From: Candidatus Krumholzibacteriota bacterium
GTDB taxonomy: Bacteria; Krumholzibacteriota; Krumholzibacteriia; JAJRXK01
Reading direction: 5' to 3'
DNA length: 64,000 nucleotides
Assembly: GCA_029262065.1 (NCBI GenBank)
Contig: JAJDAC010000057.1
Location: 2,094 to 66,093 of the forward strand
Shown here: in pieces, positions 9,675 through 19,440 of the stretch
How the letters are laid out: each line of letters begins with the position of its first letter
Numbering within the stretch: the first letter of the stretch is position 1
Notes under the pieces: model-generated
What the model was told of the DNA's origin: nothing
What the model saw: the letters and a program-made list of their open reading frames with translations, nothing else
The model's database searches: none
Position numbers and translations under genes: made by a program

Positions 9675-10382
9675 CTAGCGCTGTCGAGCCCACTCGCGTG
9701 CAATGTCTCCAATGCGGTCCTCGCGTTGGGTCAGCTGGGGCAGCAGCGCAGCCGCGTCATCATTTCTGTCTCCGTGAACATACGCCACGTACGAGACGCA
9801 CAGACCATGGCCTCGCCACGGCTCGGGGATCGCTGCCAGGTCCAGGGAAGCCAGGACATCGATAGCGCCGACCGGGTCATCGGCGTGGGTGAGGGCCGAC
9901 GCAAGGTAGATCCGGCGCAGGGCTTCCATGGGCTTTGCGAACTCGCTACCTTGCAATGTGGAAGCTGCTTGCGTGTAGCGCTTGGCCTCGTAGTGCGCGA
10001 GGGCCGCTTCCAGTCGGGCGATGTCGCCGGTGTCAGATCGAAGCGGCTCGAGGACATTGGCCACGGGAAGCCGGTATTCGATGGGTTCGGACGCTCCGAA
10101 CTGCCACAGCAATACCATGGCCAACACCGCGGCGGCCGCGCCAGTCCAGGTTGCGTAGCGTGGCCAACGCCGCCGTAAGGGAGCGGGAAGTCGGTGGACA
10201 GCCGCGGGCGCTTCGCTGCGGGCGAGTTCCAGTTCGGCCGAACGCAGGCGGACGACTTCCGCGCATGATTCGCAACGGGCAATGTGATCGGCAAGCTCCG
10301 ACCGTAGCGGTTCTTCCAACAGGCCGTGAACCAGATCGACGACATGATCGGCCTCGAGATGCGTTTCACGATTCATGGTCAC
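9675..10382 (-). CDS. Zinc-finger (zf-HC2) membrane anti-sigma factor with periplasmic TPR-like domain
   Basis: HxxxCxxC motif (DHIARCESC), one TM helix (AAAAVLAMVLLW), helical C-terminus; overlaps the end of the upstream ECF sigma. Confidence 0.85.
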   Translation of the reverse strand: MTMNRETHLEADHVVDLVHGLLEEPLRSELADHIARCESCAEVVRLRSAELELARSEAPAAVHRLPAPLRRRWPRYATWTGAAAAVLAMVLLWQFGASEPIEYRLPVANVLEPLRSDTGDIARLEAALAHYEAKRYTQAASTLQGSEFAKPMEALRRIYLASALTHADDPVGAIDVLASLDLAAIPEPWRGHGLCVSYVAYVHGDRNDDAAALLPQLTQREDRIGDIAREWARQR

Positions 10383-11109
10383 TCCCCGGGTCCTGGGCGA
10401 AATTCACGCGGAATTCGCGCCAGAGCGCGCCGAACGTGCCCTGTGGCAGTTCCTTGGTTTCAAACCCCTTGTCCGCCATGCACGCGGACAACTTCTCGCG
10501 CGCGCGTAGCAGCGCGACGTCGACGGTGTTTGCGGAGCAATTCACCTCGGGATGATCGGCGATGGAGCGGCTGTTCATGTCATAGAACAGGCGGAAAAAC
10601 AAAATGGTCCGACTCCGTCGCTTCAACCCACGAAAACACTCGATCAATCCGTCCACGAATTCGCTTCGTTCTACTGTCTGCTGGGGCGAGGGACTTGTAT
10701 CGGTCAGCACCATTGTCGGCACTTTCTTATCGGGGTCGTCGGACGACTCCGCGAATTCAACCAGATCCACGCGGCCCTGCCGCCGAAGCTCATCGACCAG
10801 ACCGTTGCGGGCAGTCGTCGACACGAACGCGGCAATCCGGCCGGGCGCGTCCAGAAAGGGGCGCCATTCTCCGGTATCGGCCCGGCGCATCAAATCTGAC
10901 GCCTTCTGTGAAACCAGGTCCGCGTGGGTATCGGGGTCGATGCTCCCCATACGACTCGCGTGCAGGTGGGCGTAGTGCGAAAGGGCGGTGTGCAACAGGC
11001 CCCAGATCTGCTCGAGCAGATGGTTGCGGTGCTTGCGCGGGGAGTTCGCTAGAGCTTGGCTGATGTCAGCCAGCCGCTGCGGCCACTTGAGTCTCGAATC
11101 GCTGTGCAT
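10366..11109 (-). CDS. ECF-type sigma-70 family sigma factor
   Basis: Region-2-like AFVSTTARNGLVDELRR; region-4-like LFFRLFYDMNSRSIA...VDVALLRAREKL. Start uncertain. Confidence 0.85.
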   Translation of the reverse strand: MHSDSRLKWPQRLADISQALANSPRKHRNHLLEQIWGLLHTALSHYAHLHASRMGSIDPDTHADLVSQKASDLMRRADTGEWRPFLDAPGRIAAFVSTTARNGLVDELRRQGRVDLVEFAESSDDPDKKVPTMVLTDTSPSPQQTVERSEFVDGLIECFRGLKRRSRTILFFRLFYDMNSRSIADHPEVNCSANTVDVALLRAREKLSACMADKGFETKELPQGTFGALWREFRVNFAQDPGSDHES

Positions 11110-11178
11110 CGATCAAATGGCTTTCGGACCAGGGGCTCGTCGAGTGTAGCGCCCGCGATAGTGCGGTACAATACGACC

Positions 11179-13599
11179 ATGATCGGGGGCCCTTTCAAAC
11201 TGCTGTTTCTACTGGCCGCGATCATGCTCGCGGCTCCGCCCGTTCTTGCCGAGACCCTGCCGCCACCGCTCCAAACCCTCGCGGCTGCGCGGGACGAATA
11301 CCTCGACGACTGGGTCTTCGTATCCGCGCTAATATCCGCCTCGGATCTGCTGGCTGCCTGCAACCGGCAGTTCGGCCCCGCGGACCCACGCACCGTGGAA
11401 GCGTACTTCCGGACCGGTATGGTCTTCCACCGAATCGGCCGGGCTCGCGTGGCCGAGCGGATCTACGACCGCGCACTGCGTTGGATGCGACAACGAGCTC
11501 AGCCCAACCACGAGTTGTGGCTGGAAATGCTCGAGCGGCGGATGGTGCTCACGAAGGAACTGCGAATGGGTCCGGAAATCATGGCTGACGCACAGCCGAT
11601 GTTGAATCGAGCCATGGAATTGTTGGACCAAGGAAGCCTGCGGCGGACGAGCATCCACGCCGATCTTCTGCAGAGTTGGGGCAACATCCTGCGGCGATCG
11701 CGTCGGGTCGATGAGGCTGCATTACGCTACGAGGAGGCGGCTGAGATCCGTCGGAACGTCTCGCCGAATGGAACCCTTGCGCTGGCCGACAACCTCATCT
11801 GGCTCGCTCATCTCTACTCGAGCCGGCCGGACAACGCCGAGCTGGTGGAGCAATGTCTGGATGAGGCGCAACGGATCCTGGTGGCGCTCAAACGCACCGA
11901 CCATCCGCTACAGGCGACCCTTCTGCACTACCGCCTGCGAAGGCTCATGTCCGTGGGTGACGATGCCGCGAGCCGGGAGCTGATTGACCGACTGCGGCCG
12001 TTCCAGCCCCGTACCGATCAGGCCCTGCCGCCCGGATTCGGGCACCGTTTGGTTCCGGTGCACCTGCAATCCGAAGCCGAACTCGACCTGGTCCAGGGTC
12101 ATTTCGACCGTGCCTTCGAATCGTTGGCGGCAGTCGCGGGGCTCATTGCGACCGAACGGACCTATACGGGGCGCCATGTGGCCAGCCTCGTTCAGCCGTC
12201 CGCATCGCGGGAACTGCTCGCGCTGGAACCCTTGCCTGGCCGCCACGAAGGCGTGGGTGTCGACGCACGTGAGGTTCGTCGAATCGAACTCGAAGCGGCG
12301 CTGACCGGTGTCGAGCATGAGGATGGCGTGCATCGCACGTCCGACGGTGACTCCCTGATGCTTCGGCTTCAAGGTTGTCTCGACGAACGTACGGCGATCG
12401 TTGGATGGGTCCGGACCAAACTGCGGGATCCGGCCACGTGGGGAGTTGTGGTTCGCAACCGGGGCTCCGCGCACTGGGTCAAGATTCAGCATCCGATTCC
12501 CAGGAGTGTCGTCGAATACCGCTCAGCGCTTGAACATGCCAGTCAATGGCCGACGCGAATCGACTCAGACCCGCAGCTGAACCAGCTCGAGGTAGCCATT
12601 GGCGAAAGTTACCTGCAACCGCTTCTGGACCGGTTGGAGGGAGTTGATCGTATCGTCTGGATGCCGTTTGGGGAAACGCTTCGGCTTCCCGTCGAGAGCC
12701 TCAGGCTTCCCGATGGGACGCCGTTGGGGCTTGCGTTCGAGAGTGTGTACGCGCCGTCGGCGGAGGTGTTCGTGGACCTGATGAGCCAGCCTTCACGATA
12801 CCCCAGATCCCTGTTGGTGGTGGCCGACCCCGTGTTCTCGCCCGTCGATCAAGCGGGTGCCCCAGAATTGCTCGTGGATGCAAACACCATCGTTGGACCG
12901 GACGTGCTCCGGAGCGTGCTCGATGGTGAAAGAGACTTTGCCAGCCTACCCAGGTTGGCGTCGACCTGGCTCGAGGCCGAAGCGGTTGCGGGTTTGTTCG
13001 ATGAATCAACCGTGTTGCGTCGCGCCCGGGCGACCGAGAGTACGCTCACCGACATGGGCCTGGGCAAGACGCTTCAGGCCTTCGATGTGATCCACATTGC
13101 TACGCATGCGCTCTTCAATCGGCTTGCGCCGTCGGCCTCGGCGTTGGCTTTGACAGCCGATCGGGTTGTCGGTCGCCAGGCAAAGTCGGCATTCGGGGAT
13201 GGACTGCTCAGCGCCCGCGAAATTGGACTTTCGTGGTCGCTGGATGCAGACCTGGTCACGCTCAGTGGTTGTCAGACTGGGTTTCAGTCCTCCTTGAGTC
13301 GCGAGGCGGGAATTGGCTTCCTTGCGCCGATTCTCGAGGCCGGTGCGCGCGCTTTGCTCATGAGTCGCTGGAAGGTGCACGACCACGCTACGTATCTGTT
13401 CATGAGGCGCTTCTACGAGAACCGAACCGGCCGCTATCGCGACGCGCGACAGGGCAGCGTCGGCGATCCCATGAGCAAGGCGGGTGCTCTACGTGAGGCG
13501 CGGTCGTGGCTTCGTGCGCTCGAAGCCGATGACGGCACTACGCCCTACTCGCACCCCGTCTACTGGGCCTCCTTCTTCCTGGTCGGTGACCCCCGCTGA
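11179..13599 (+). CDS. Exported TPR-CHAT (caspase-like, C14 clan CD) protease
   Basis: Signal peptide MIGGPFKLLFLLAAIMLAAPPVLA (start re-picked at ATG 11179); CHAT dyad IHIATHA and VTLSGCQTG; terminal HPVYWASFFLVG. Confidence 0.85.
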   Translation: MIGGPFKLLFLLAAIMLAAPPVLAETLPPPLQTLAAARDEYLDDWVFVSALISASDLLAACNRQFGPADPRTVEAYFRTGMVFHRIGRARVAERIYDRALRWMRQRAQPNHELWLEMLERRMVLTKELRMGPEIMADAQPMLNRAMELLDQGSLRRTSIHADLLQSWGNILRRSRRVDEAALRYEEAAEIRRNVSPNGTLALADNLIWLAHLYSSRPDNAELVEQCLDEAQRILVALKRTDHPLQATLLHYRLRRLMSVGDDAASRELIDRLRPFQPRTDQALPPGFGHRLVPVHLQSEAELDLVQGHFDRAFESLAAVAGLIATERTYTGRHVASLVQPSASRELLALEPLPGRHEGVGVDAREVRRIELEAALTGVEHEDGVHRTSDGDSLMLRLQGCLDERTAIVGWVRTKLRDPATWGVVVRNRGSAHWVKIQHPIPRSVVEYRSALEHASQWPTRIDSDPQLNQLEVAIGESYLQPLLDRLEGVDRIVWMPFGETLRLPVESLRLPDGTPLGLAFESVYAPSAEVFVDLMSQPSRYPRSLLVVADPVFSPVDQAGAPELLVDANTIVGPDVLRSVLDGERDFASLPRLASTWLEAEAVAGLFDESTVLRRARATESTLTDMGLGKTLQAFDVIHIATHALFNRLAPSASALALTADRVVGRQAKSAFGDGLLSAREIGLSWSLDADLVTLSGCQTGFQSSLSREAGIGFLAPILEAGARALLMSRWKVHDHATYLFMRRFYENRTGRYRDARQGSVGDPMSKAGALREARSWLRALEADDGTTPYSHPVYWASFFLVGDPR

Positions 13600-13706
13600 A
13601 GGTCCCTTGCGCTTTTGTGTGTAAGTTCCGCGGCTGATCTCCGATCCCTCCACAGAGCGACGAATCTCATTTTTCTGTTCATGTCTGCCCGACAGGAGGG
13701 CCCGGT

Positions 13707-16367
13707 ATGCGCTCATTCGATCATCGGACGAGCTGGTTGCTCGCAATTCTTGTGGTTCTTGCCTTTCCCCTGCTGATTCCGTCGCCAGCGCGTGCGGTCT
13801 CGGATTGTCTGTGCAATGCCCAGTGGAAGATAGAGCAAGGCTATGTGGGGCCTGCTCTACGCTACGGGGCTGCGATGGCCCACGACGCGGTGAGTGGGAT
13901 GACGATCATGTTTGGAGGACGCAACGAGAAGGAACTCGCGTTGGACGATACCTGGCAGTGGGATGGAAATAAGTGGACCCAACTCAATCCGACCCCGAGT
14001 CCGCCCGCACGGTCGCAGCACGCGATGGTCTACGACGCGTCGCGCCAGGTCATCGTGCTCTACGGCGGCTCCAATGCTGGGGTTCGCCACGCCGATACGT
14101 GGGAGTGGGATGGTGCCAATTGGAGTCAATCTCCGGCGCCAGACGCGGGGGCCCACGACCGCTTGGGAATGGCCTACGACCCCGTGAACCAGGTCGTGGT
14201 GAAGTACGGGGGTGACTCGGGAAGCGGACGCTCCAACAAAACCTGGGAATACACGGGCACCAGTTGGGTGATCACGTCCAATATCAGTCCGCCGGGCTCG
14301 CGTTCGCACCACGCCATGGCGTTTGATCCCATCTCGAACCGGGTCATCATGTTTGGTGGCGTCAAGCCGGGCGGCATCAAGCAGAGCGATACGTGGTCAT
14401 ACGACGCCGCGACCGATACGTGGACCGAGCTCCTCATTGCGGGGCCGTCCGCGCGTGGCTTGCACTCGCTGACGCTGGAGGAATCGTGCGACGCACTGAT
14501 TCTCCAGGGCGGGCTGGGTGACCCGAATACCCTTGGTGACACGTGGCGATTCGAGAACGGTGCATGGTCAGAGGTAACCTACAGGGTTTCCAGGGCCCTC
14601 GGCGCTCGTGAACGCCACGCGGTTGCGTACGATGCAACAACGGACCGGTTGCTGTTGTTCGGGGGCCGTGATGCATCCAGCGGTCACATTGGCAAGATGA
14701 CCTGGGCCTATGACTGTTGGACCGGCCGCAAGCTCGCGGGGCTGGCATCGGGTTACGAGCATATCTCGATCGGTAGCGCCGACGTGGAACCAGATTCGCA
14801 ATCGGCCGCGTTCTACGTGCACAACATCGGTAGCAGTGGTCTGGACGGAGTCGCGGTGTGGGTTGGAGAAACCGACGGATACGGCATGTGCTTCGATCCC
14901 CCGTTGGAAGGCGTCGGCGCCAAGCGTTCCGATGTCTTCACGCAAGTGGGAAGCACCAACAATGAAGTGGAAGACGAGCAGTTCATCGCCTTCACTGGCT
15001 CTGGGGGTGGAGGCAGCTGGAACCTGGGTATCGACTTCTCCAACCTGGGCGCGTCGGGATACAACGTTCACATCTACGACGGCGATACGCTGGTGCATAG
15101 TCAGTTCGGCCTGACCAACGGATCCGAGGAAGTGACGTTCGGTGCGGCGATCGGTGAGATTCTGTCGATCGTGGACGAGGGCGAGTACTGCAAGGTGGTT
15201 TCACCACCCGATAGCGTAACCAGCGTTACCGTCATGGTGCTCGGGCAGCCGTACGTTGGGGACAAACTGGTGTTCAAGCCGGACGCCGCGCTCATTGCGA
15301 CGACGTTCGTCAGTGGTGAGACGCTTACCACTACGCTGAACGAAGTGACAATCTCATGCGCGTACTCCCGCTTTGCGGACGCCCGGGCGGTGGGTTCCAA
15401 CGGGTCTTTCCTCGAGGGAACCGACAGCGGCGCGGAACTGGCTATTAATATTCCCGAGGCTATCAGCTCCGATAACTTCGCGGGTGTGACACTCGCGTGG
15501 GAACCCGAGGGCGGCTGCGACCAGGGGCTCTCGACGGGGTGGAATGATCTGAGCGCGGATGTCGCAGTTGGGGATGTCATGCGCTTTGAGGCGACCGGTG
15601 ACATGGGTGGCGTGCCGGCTACGCCACTGGGCAGTCTGGAAGTCGAAGTCCAGGCCCTGGCCGGAACGGCGCCAACACTGCAATACGACGCCGACTACTC
15701 GGATGTGGGAAGCGTTACGCAGCGTATCCAGGTGTTCAACCTGGGTTTGCTGGTACAGGAATTCATAGGGCACGCAGGACCGTTCACGGTCGATGCGCCG
15801 ACCATGCCCTCGGGCTGTGGCAAAGAGCTGGTGAACGTGGGTGGCTGGGACACGGCGTGCTACCGGACCAACTTTCCCGCGGGGTCGTCGCTGACCCTGG
15901 GGGGGATTGCCGGCACCAAGCGGTCACTTACTTTGCCGGGCGATGAAATCGCGGTTCTGGCCGAAGCACCGGCTGGGGCCGTGAGCAGGCTCGAAAGTTT
16001 CTCGATCCTGGGTAGCGCCGATTTCCCCACCATAAGCTTGAACATGGCGTCCCCGACTGGTACGCCGGTCGGGGTATTGCCACGGTTGCTCTTGCGCCTG
16101 GATGACCCGCAGCCCAATCCCTTCAACCCCGAGGTGCGAATAGGTTTCGTGAATCCCCAACGGGGCCTGGTTTCGGCGGCGGTGTATGACATTTCGGGGC
16201 GCCGTGTACGACAACTCATGGCGCCGGGCCGCATGGAAGCGGGTCCTCAGTTCTTGCGCTGGCGAGGCATTGATGAACGAGGTGCCGCGGTGGCCAGTGG
16301 CGTGTACATCTTTCAGGTTCGCGCCGGGAATCAGGTACGGGCCGTCAAGGCAACGTTGGTCAAATAG
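13707..16367 (+). CDS. Secreted Kelch-repeat protein with duplicated unknown domain and FlgD-Ig/T9SS-like CTD
   Basis: Signal peptide; six Kelch-like repeats (MAYD...MFGG...DTWxWDG); C-terminal PQPNPFNPEVRIGF...W.G.DERGAAVASGVY. Confidence 0.85.
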   Translation: MRSFDHRTSWLLAILVVLAFPLLIPSPARAVSDCLCNAQWKIEQGYVGPALRYGAAMAHDAVSGMTIMFGGRNEKELALDDTWQWDGNKWTQLNPTPSPPARSQHAMVYDASRQVIVLYGGSNAGVRHADTWEWDGANWSQSPAPDAGAHDRLGMAYDPVNQVVVKYGGDSGSGRSNKTWEYTGTSWVITSNISPPGSRSHHAMAFDPISNRVIMFGGVKPGGIKQSDTWSYDAATDTWTELLIAGPSARGLHSLTLEESCDALILQGGLGDPNTLGDTWRFENGAWSEVTYRVSRALGARERHAVAYDATTDRLLLFGGRDASSGHIGKMTWAYDCWTGRKLAGLASGYEHISIGSADVEPDSQSAAFYVHNIGSSGLDGVAVWVGETDGYGMCFDPPLEGVGAKRSDVFTQVGSTNNEVEDEQFIAFTGSGGGGSWNLGIDFSNLGASGYNVHIYDGDTLVHSQFGLTNGSEEVTFGAAIGEILSIVDEGEYCKVVSPPDSVTSVTVMVLGQPYVGDKLVFKPDAALIATTFVSGETLTTTLNEVTISCAYSRFADARAVGSNGSFLEGTDSGAELAINIPEAISSDNFAGVTLAWEPEGGCDQGLSTGWNDLSADVAVGDVMRFEATGDMGGVPATPLGSLEVEVQALAGTAPTLQYDADYSDVGSVTQRIQVFNLGLLVQEFIGHAGPFTVDAPTMPSGCGKELVNVGGWDTACYRTNFPAGSSLTLGGIAGTKRSLTLPGDEIAVLAEAPAGAVSRLESFSILGSADFPTISLNMASPTGTPVGVLPRLLLRLDDPQPNPFNPEVRIGFVNPQRGLVSAAVYDISGRRVRQLMAPGRMEAGPQFLRWRGIDERGAAVASGVYIFQVRAGNQVRAVKATLVK

Positions 16368-16391
16368 TAGGGTTCGGGCGAAGGCGGGAGC

Positions 16392-16421
16392 GAGCGGCGG
16401 CGTGGAAACACGTCGCCGCTC
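16392..16421 (+). terminator. GC-rich GNRA hairpin downstream of the Kelch-CTD gene (3' stabiliser or atypical terminator)
   Basis: GAGCGGCGGCGTG-GAAA-CACGTCGCCGCTC, 13-bp stem with one G.U pair; no U-tract. Confidence 0.45.
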
Positions 16422-16460
16422 CGAGTATCCTGCTCCCGTATGTATGCGGGAGGAAAGAAT

Positions 16461-16673
16461 GTGCAATTCATGCTGGAGACCGATTTCGTCCAGCTCGACA
16501 AGTTGCTCAAAGTCTGTGGGCTTGTAGCAACCGGTGGCGAGGCCAAGATGGCGATCCAGGATGGCGCCGTAACGGTGGACGGGCAGGTGGAGACGCGGCG
16601 CGGGCGCAAGGTCGGTCCCGGGATGCGTGTCGAGTTCGCCGGTCAGTCGGTGGATGTGCTCGGGAAAGTGTGA
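16461..16673 (+). CDS. S4-domain RNA-binding protein (YaaA/YbcJ family)
   Basis: FVQLDKLLK..GL..TGGEAK..I..G.V.VDGQVETRRGRKV; GGGAGG RBS before GTG 16461. Confidence 0.9.
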   Translation: MQFMLETDFVQLDKLLKVCGLVATGGEAKMAIQDGAVTVDGQVETRRGRKVGPGMRVEFAGQSVDVLGKV

Positions 16674-17296
16674 TTCCCTTCATCGGAAAACAGCAACTGC
16701 AGGTAGTTTCTGTAATGTCGCGTTTGCTCGGCGATCGTGTCCTTGCCATCGACGGTGCGAGCCAACACGAAAGCGCCTTCGAACACCACGGTAATCATGT
16801 CCGCCAGGCTGTCGAGGTCGACATCTACTTTCGGCGGGTGCGCCTGTGCGACCGTACGAAGTTTGTGGCCCAGCATTCGGCGCCAGTTCAGTAACGCGTT
16901 TTCGATAACCGACTGGGTTTCGGGGTCGAACAAACCGTTTTCCCAACAGTAGGTTGCAAACAGGCAGTTCGGCTGCGCCTGGTTGTCGAGCTGTTCGGCG
17001 ATTTCAATCATCAGTCCCACGAAGATGAACAATTGCTGTCGCGGGTCATCACTCAGTTTCTCGGCCCTCTCCATACTGGAAACCAGAACTTGTTCGTCGC
17101 TGGCGGCAAAGCGGTCGATGAGCGCGCGCGCCAGTTCGTCCTTGGTCTTGAAGTGGTAGAAGAACGTGCCTTTCGACATGCCCACGCGCGCCAGGATCTG
17201 ATCGATAGACGTGGCGGCGAAGCCCTTGGCGTTGACCAGTTCCTCGGCGGCGTTCAGCAGCCGGTCCCGGGTAGGTATTTTGGTCTCGGGTGACAT
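16643..17296 (-). CDS. TetR/AcrR family regulator (NemR-like)
   Basis: HTH GFAATSIDQILARVGMSKGTFFYHFKTKDEL; C-terminal CLFAT and EGAFVLAR. Convergent 31-bp overlap with the S4 gene. Confidence 0.92.
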   Translation of the reverse strand: MSPETKIPTRDRLLNAAEELVNAKGFAATSIDQILARVGMSKGTFFYHFKTKDELARALIDRFAASDEQVLVSSMERAEKLSDDPRQQLFIFVGLMIEIAEQLDNQAQPNCLFATYCWENGLFDPETQSVIENALLNWRRMLGHKLRTVAQAHPPKVDVDLDSLADMITVVFEGAFVLARTVDGKDTIAEQTRHYRNYLQLLFSDEGNHTFPSTSTD

Positions 17297-17413
17297 CGTG
17301 ACCTCTTTTGTACAGACCAGTTGGGCCCATTTTTTTGGGTATTCTCGTTGAGAATTTCCCTAAGCCACATTTTAACATCTATTTACGGATCTGCAACGCC
17401 GGATCGCTCGCCC

Positions 17414-17456
17414 TTGCGGTAGCTTTTCGCTTGTTTTATTATACCGACTAGTCGGT
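17414..17456 (+). promoter_or_regulatory. Sigma-70 promoter plus perfect palindromic operator upstream of the GT87 gene
   Basis: TTGCGG (17414-17419)-N17-TATTAT (17437-17442), followed directly by the 14-bp palindrome ACCGACTAGTCGGT (17443-17456). Confidence 0.7.
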
Positions 17457-17488
17457 TTAGATGATCTCAGGTTTCTGGAGGGACTTTC

Positions 17489-19249
17489 ATGGCATCTCAG
17501 ACAAATACCGGTTCGGTCGCGACCGGACGGCGAATCCTCGCCGGAACCATCTCGATGACGGCGACCGTCGTCTGGACGCACGCGGTGGCCGCGGTTTTGG
17601 CTGGCGTAGTGGGCTCGGACCCGCATGTGCTGTCCGAGGTGGCGCCCGAGTTGACCGTGGCCGCGTTGGTCACCGCGCTCGCGGGTGTTGCGGGCGGATC
17701 CTCCATCAGGAGGTCGGCCACTCTGGCGCTCATAGCCGGGTACGCCGGCGCCGCGCTGGTTGCTCTGTCGCTGAGGAGCGCCATGTTTCCCGCCCTGGCC
17801 TTGGTCCCGGCGGGAGTTGCCGCCGCAGTCCTTGGGGCCTGGATGACTGGACGCGGAACGGAATGGCTGAAACTTCGCCAAGTGCCACGTGGCGCGGTCG
17901 TGGCGTTGTGGGCATTGGTGCTCGTGGCCAGCGTGGTGCAGTACGCGCGGCTTTCCACGTTCATCGCAGACAAGGAATCGAGCTGGTTCCTTAGCACGAC
18001 GCATCCGTTCTTTGCCAAACATGATTGCGCCAACGCTTACATCTACGGCGCGGAACTAAGCCGACGAGGCGCGGACAACGTGTACGACCCGGCCCACTAC
18101 CCCGGACTGAACCCACAAGCCGAACCGCACACGGAAGTGGCGGGGCTCGAACCAGAAGATCCATTCCAGTACGCGCCACAGTTCCTGCTTTGGCCGCGTC
18201 TGGCCCTGGCCGCGTCCAATGACTATGACTTGATTCAGCCCGTCTGGTTCGCCATGAACGTAACGTTGGGTTTCGCGGCCATGCTTTTTCTGGCGGCGTG
18301 GATCGGTGGCCCCATCGGCGCGTACGCCGCATTCCTGGCCCCAGTGGTCATGGCGTCGTTTCCCGTTCTGCACAACTTTCAGTACGGCCAATTTCACTTC
18401 GCGGCGGTCGCGCTGGCGGTTCTGGGTCTGCTTGCGTTCCAACGCGGACGTTCGGCCTTGGGCGGAACGCTATTGGCGGTATCGATCCTCTCCAAACTCT
18501 TCCCCGGACTGCTCGTCATCTATCTGGCGGCCCAGCGTCGCTGGCGTGACTTGGCCTGGACCGCCATGGCCGGGACGGCGGTGACGGTACTCGCCCTTGG
18601 CGTGCTGGGTACTGCGCCGTTCGTGGCGTTTTTCGAGTACCACCTGCCGCGGTTGAGCGACGGAAGTGCCTTCGCATTTGGCGAGGCGTGGCCCGAAGTC
18701 GCGGACCTGCTGACGGCCGGCAACCAGGGCATCTACGGAATCGCCCAAAAGCTCGAGGCTCTGGGCGTACCGGGCGTGGGCGCCGCCGCAACTGGCGTGG
18801 CGACCGCCGGGTTCGCCGCCCTGCTGGCGGCGGCCGCGGCCCTCCTTGGTTTCCGAGCCATCGGGACCAGCCGGGCGGCCACCGGCGCCGTCTGGGTAGG
18901 TCTTCTGGGGCTGGCCTCGCTGAGCAGTACCGGGGCCTGGGCGGACTATGTGCCCCTTACGTCGGTCTGGCTGCTTTCAATGCTCCTGCCCATGGCTCGT
19001 GCCCACCCGAAGTTGTTGGCCGGACTGGGTTTGGCGGCTTTCATGCAGTTCACCCTGGTGGGTACCATGCCCATTGGCGGCTGGTTTGACCCAGATTGGG
19101 CCATTCCGCTGTCCTTGGTGGGAGCAATGGCGTTGTTGGCCACCCTGGTGGGGGGGGTCGTGCCCGCGGGACTTGAGGCCGGATGGCTTCGAGGAGGTAC
19201 CACCTTGTGGAGCCCGTGGCACAGGGTGTATTCTCACGAGGCAAATTAG
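17489..19249 (+). CDS. GT-C fold membrane glycosyltransferase (GT87/DUF2029-like)
   Basis: Polytopic membrane protein; loop VYDP...DPFQYAPQFLL, HNFQYGQ, SKLFPG, AGNQGIYG. Confidence 0.75.
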   Translation: MASQTNTGSVATGRRILAGTISMTATVVWTHAVAAVLAGVVGSDPHVLSEVAPELTVAALVTALAGVAGGSSIRRSATLALIAGYAGAALVALSLRSAMFPALALVPAGVAAAVLGAWMTGRGTEWLKLRQVPRGAVVALWALVLVASVVQYARLSTFIADKESSWFLSTTHPFFAKHDCANAYIYGAELSRRGADNVYDPAHYPGLNPQAEPHTEVAGLEPEDPFQYAPQFLLWPRLALAASNDYDLIQPVWFAMNVTLGFAAMLFLAAWIGGPIGAYAAFLAPVVMASFPVLHNFQYGQFHFAAVALAVLGLLAFQRGRSALGGTLLAVSILSKLFPGLLVIYLAAQRRWRDLAWTAMAGTAVTVLALGVLGTAPFVAFFEYHLPRLSDGSAFAFGEAWPEVADLLTAGNQGIYGIAQKLEALGVPGVGAAATGVATAGFAALLAAAAALLGFRAIGTSRAATGAVWVGLLGLASLSSTGAWADYVPLTSVWLLSMLLPMARAHPKLLAGLGLAAFMQFTLVGTMPIGGWFDPDWAIPLSLVGAMALLATLVGGVVPAGLEAGWLRGGTTLWSPWHRVYSHEAN

Positions 19250-19440
19250 CTCGCCTACGCACGCGTGGGGCGACCATGAAATTGCCTGGCATGACCAGGC
19301 CCAGAGATTCCCCCGACACCCGGGGGAAAATGTCCGGCGCAGGCCGGACTTGCATAGGGCGCAGGGGCCCATCCGATCCTCGGAATGAACCTGAGCGCTT
19401 TGGATGAACCAGCGTGGCTGGTTCTTGGAGAACAAAAAAC

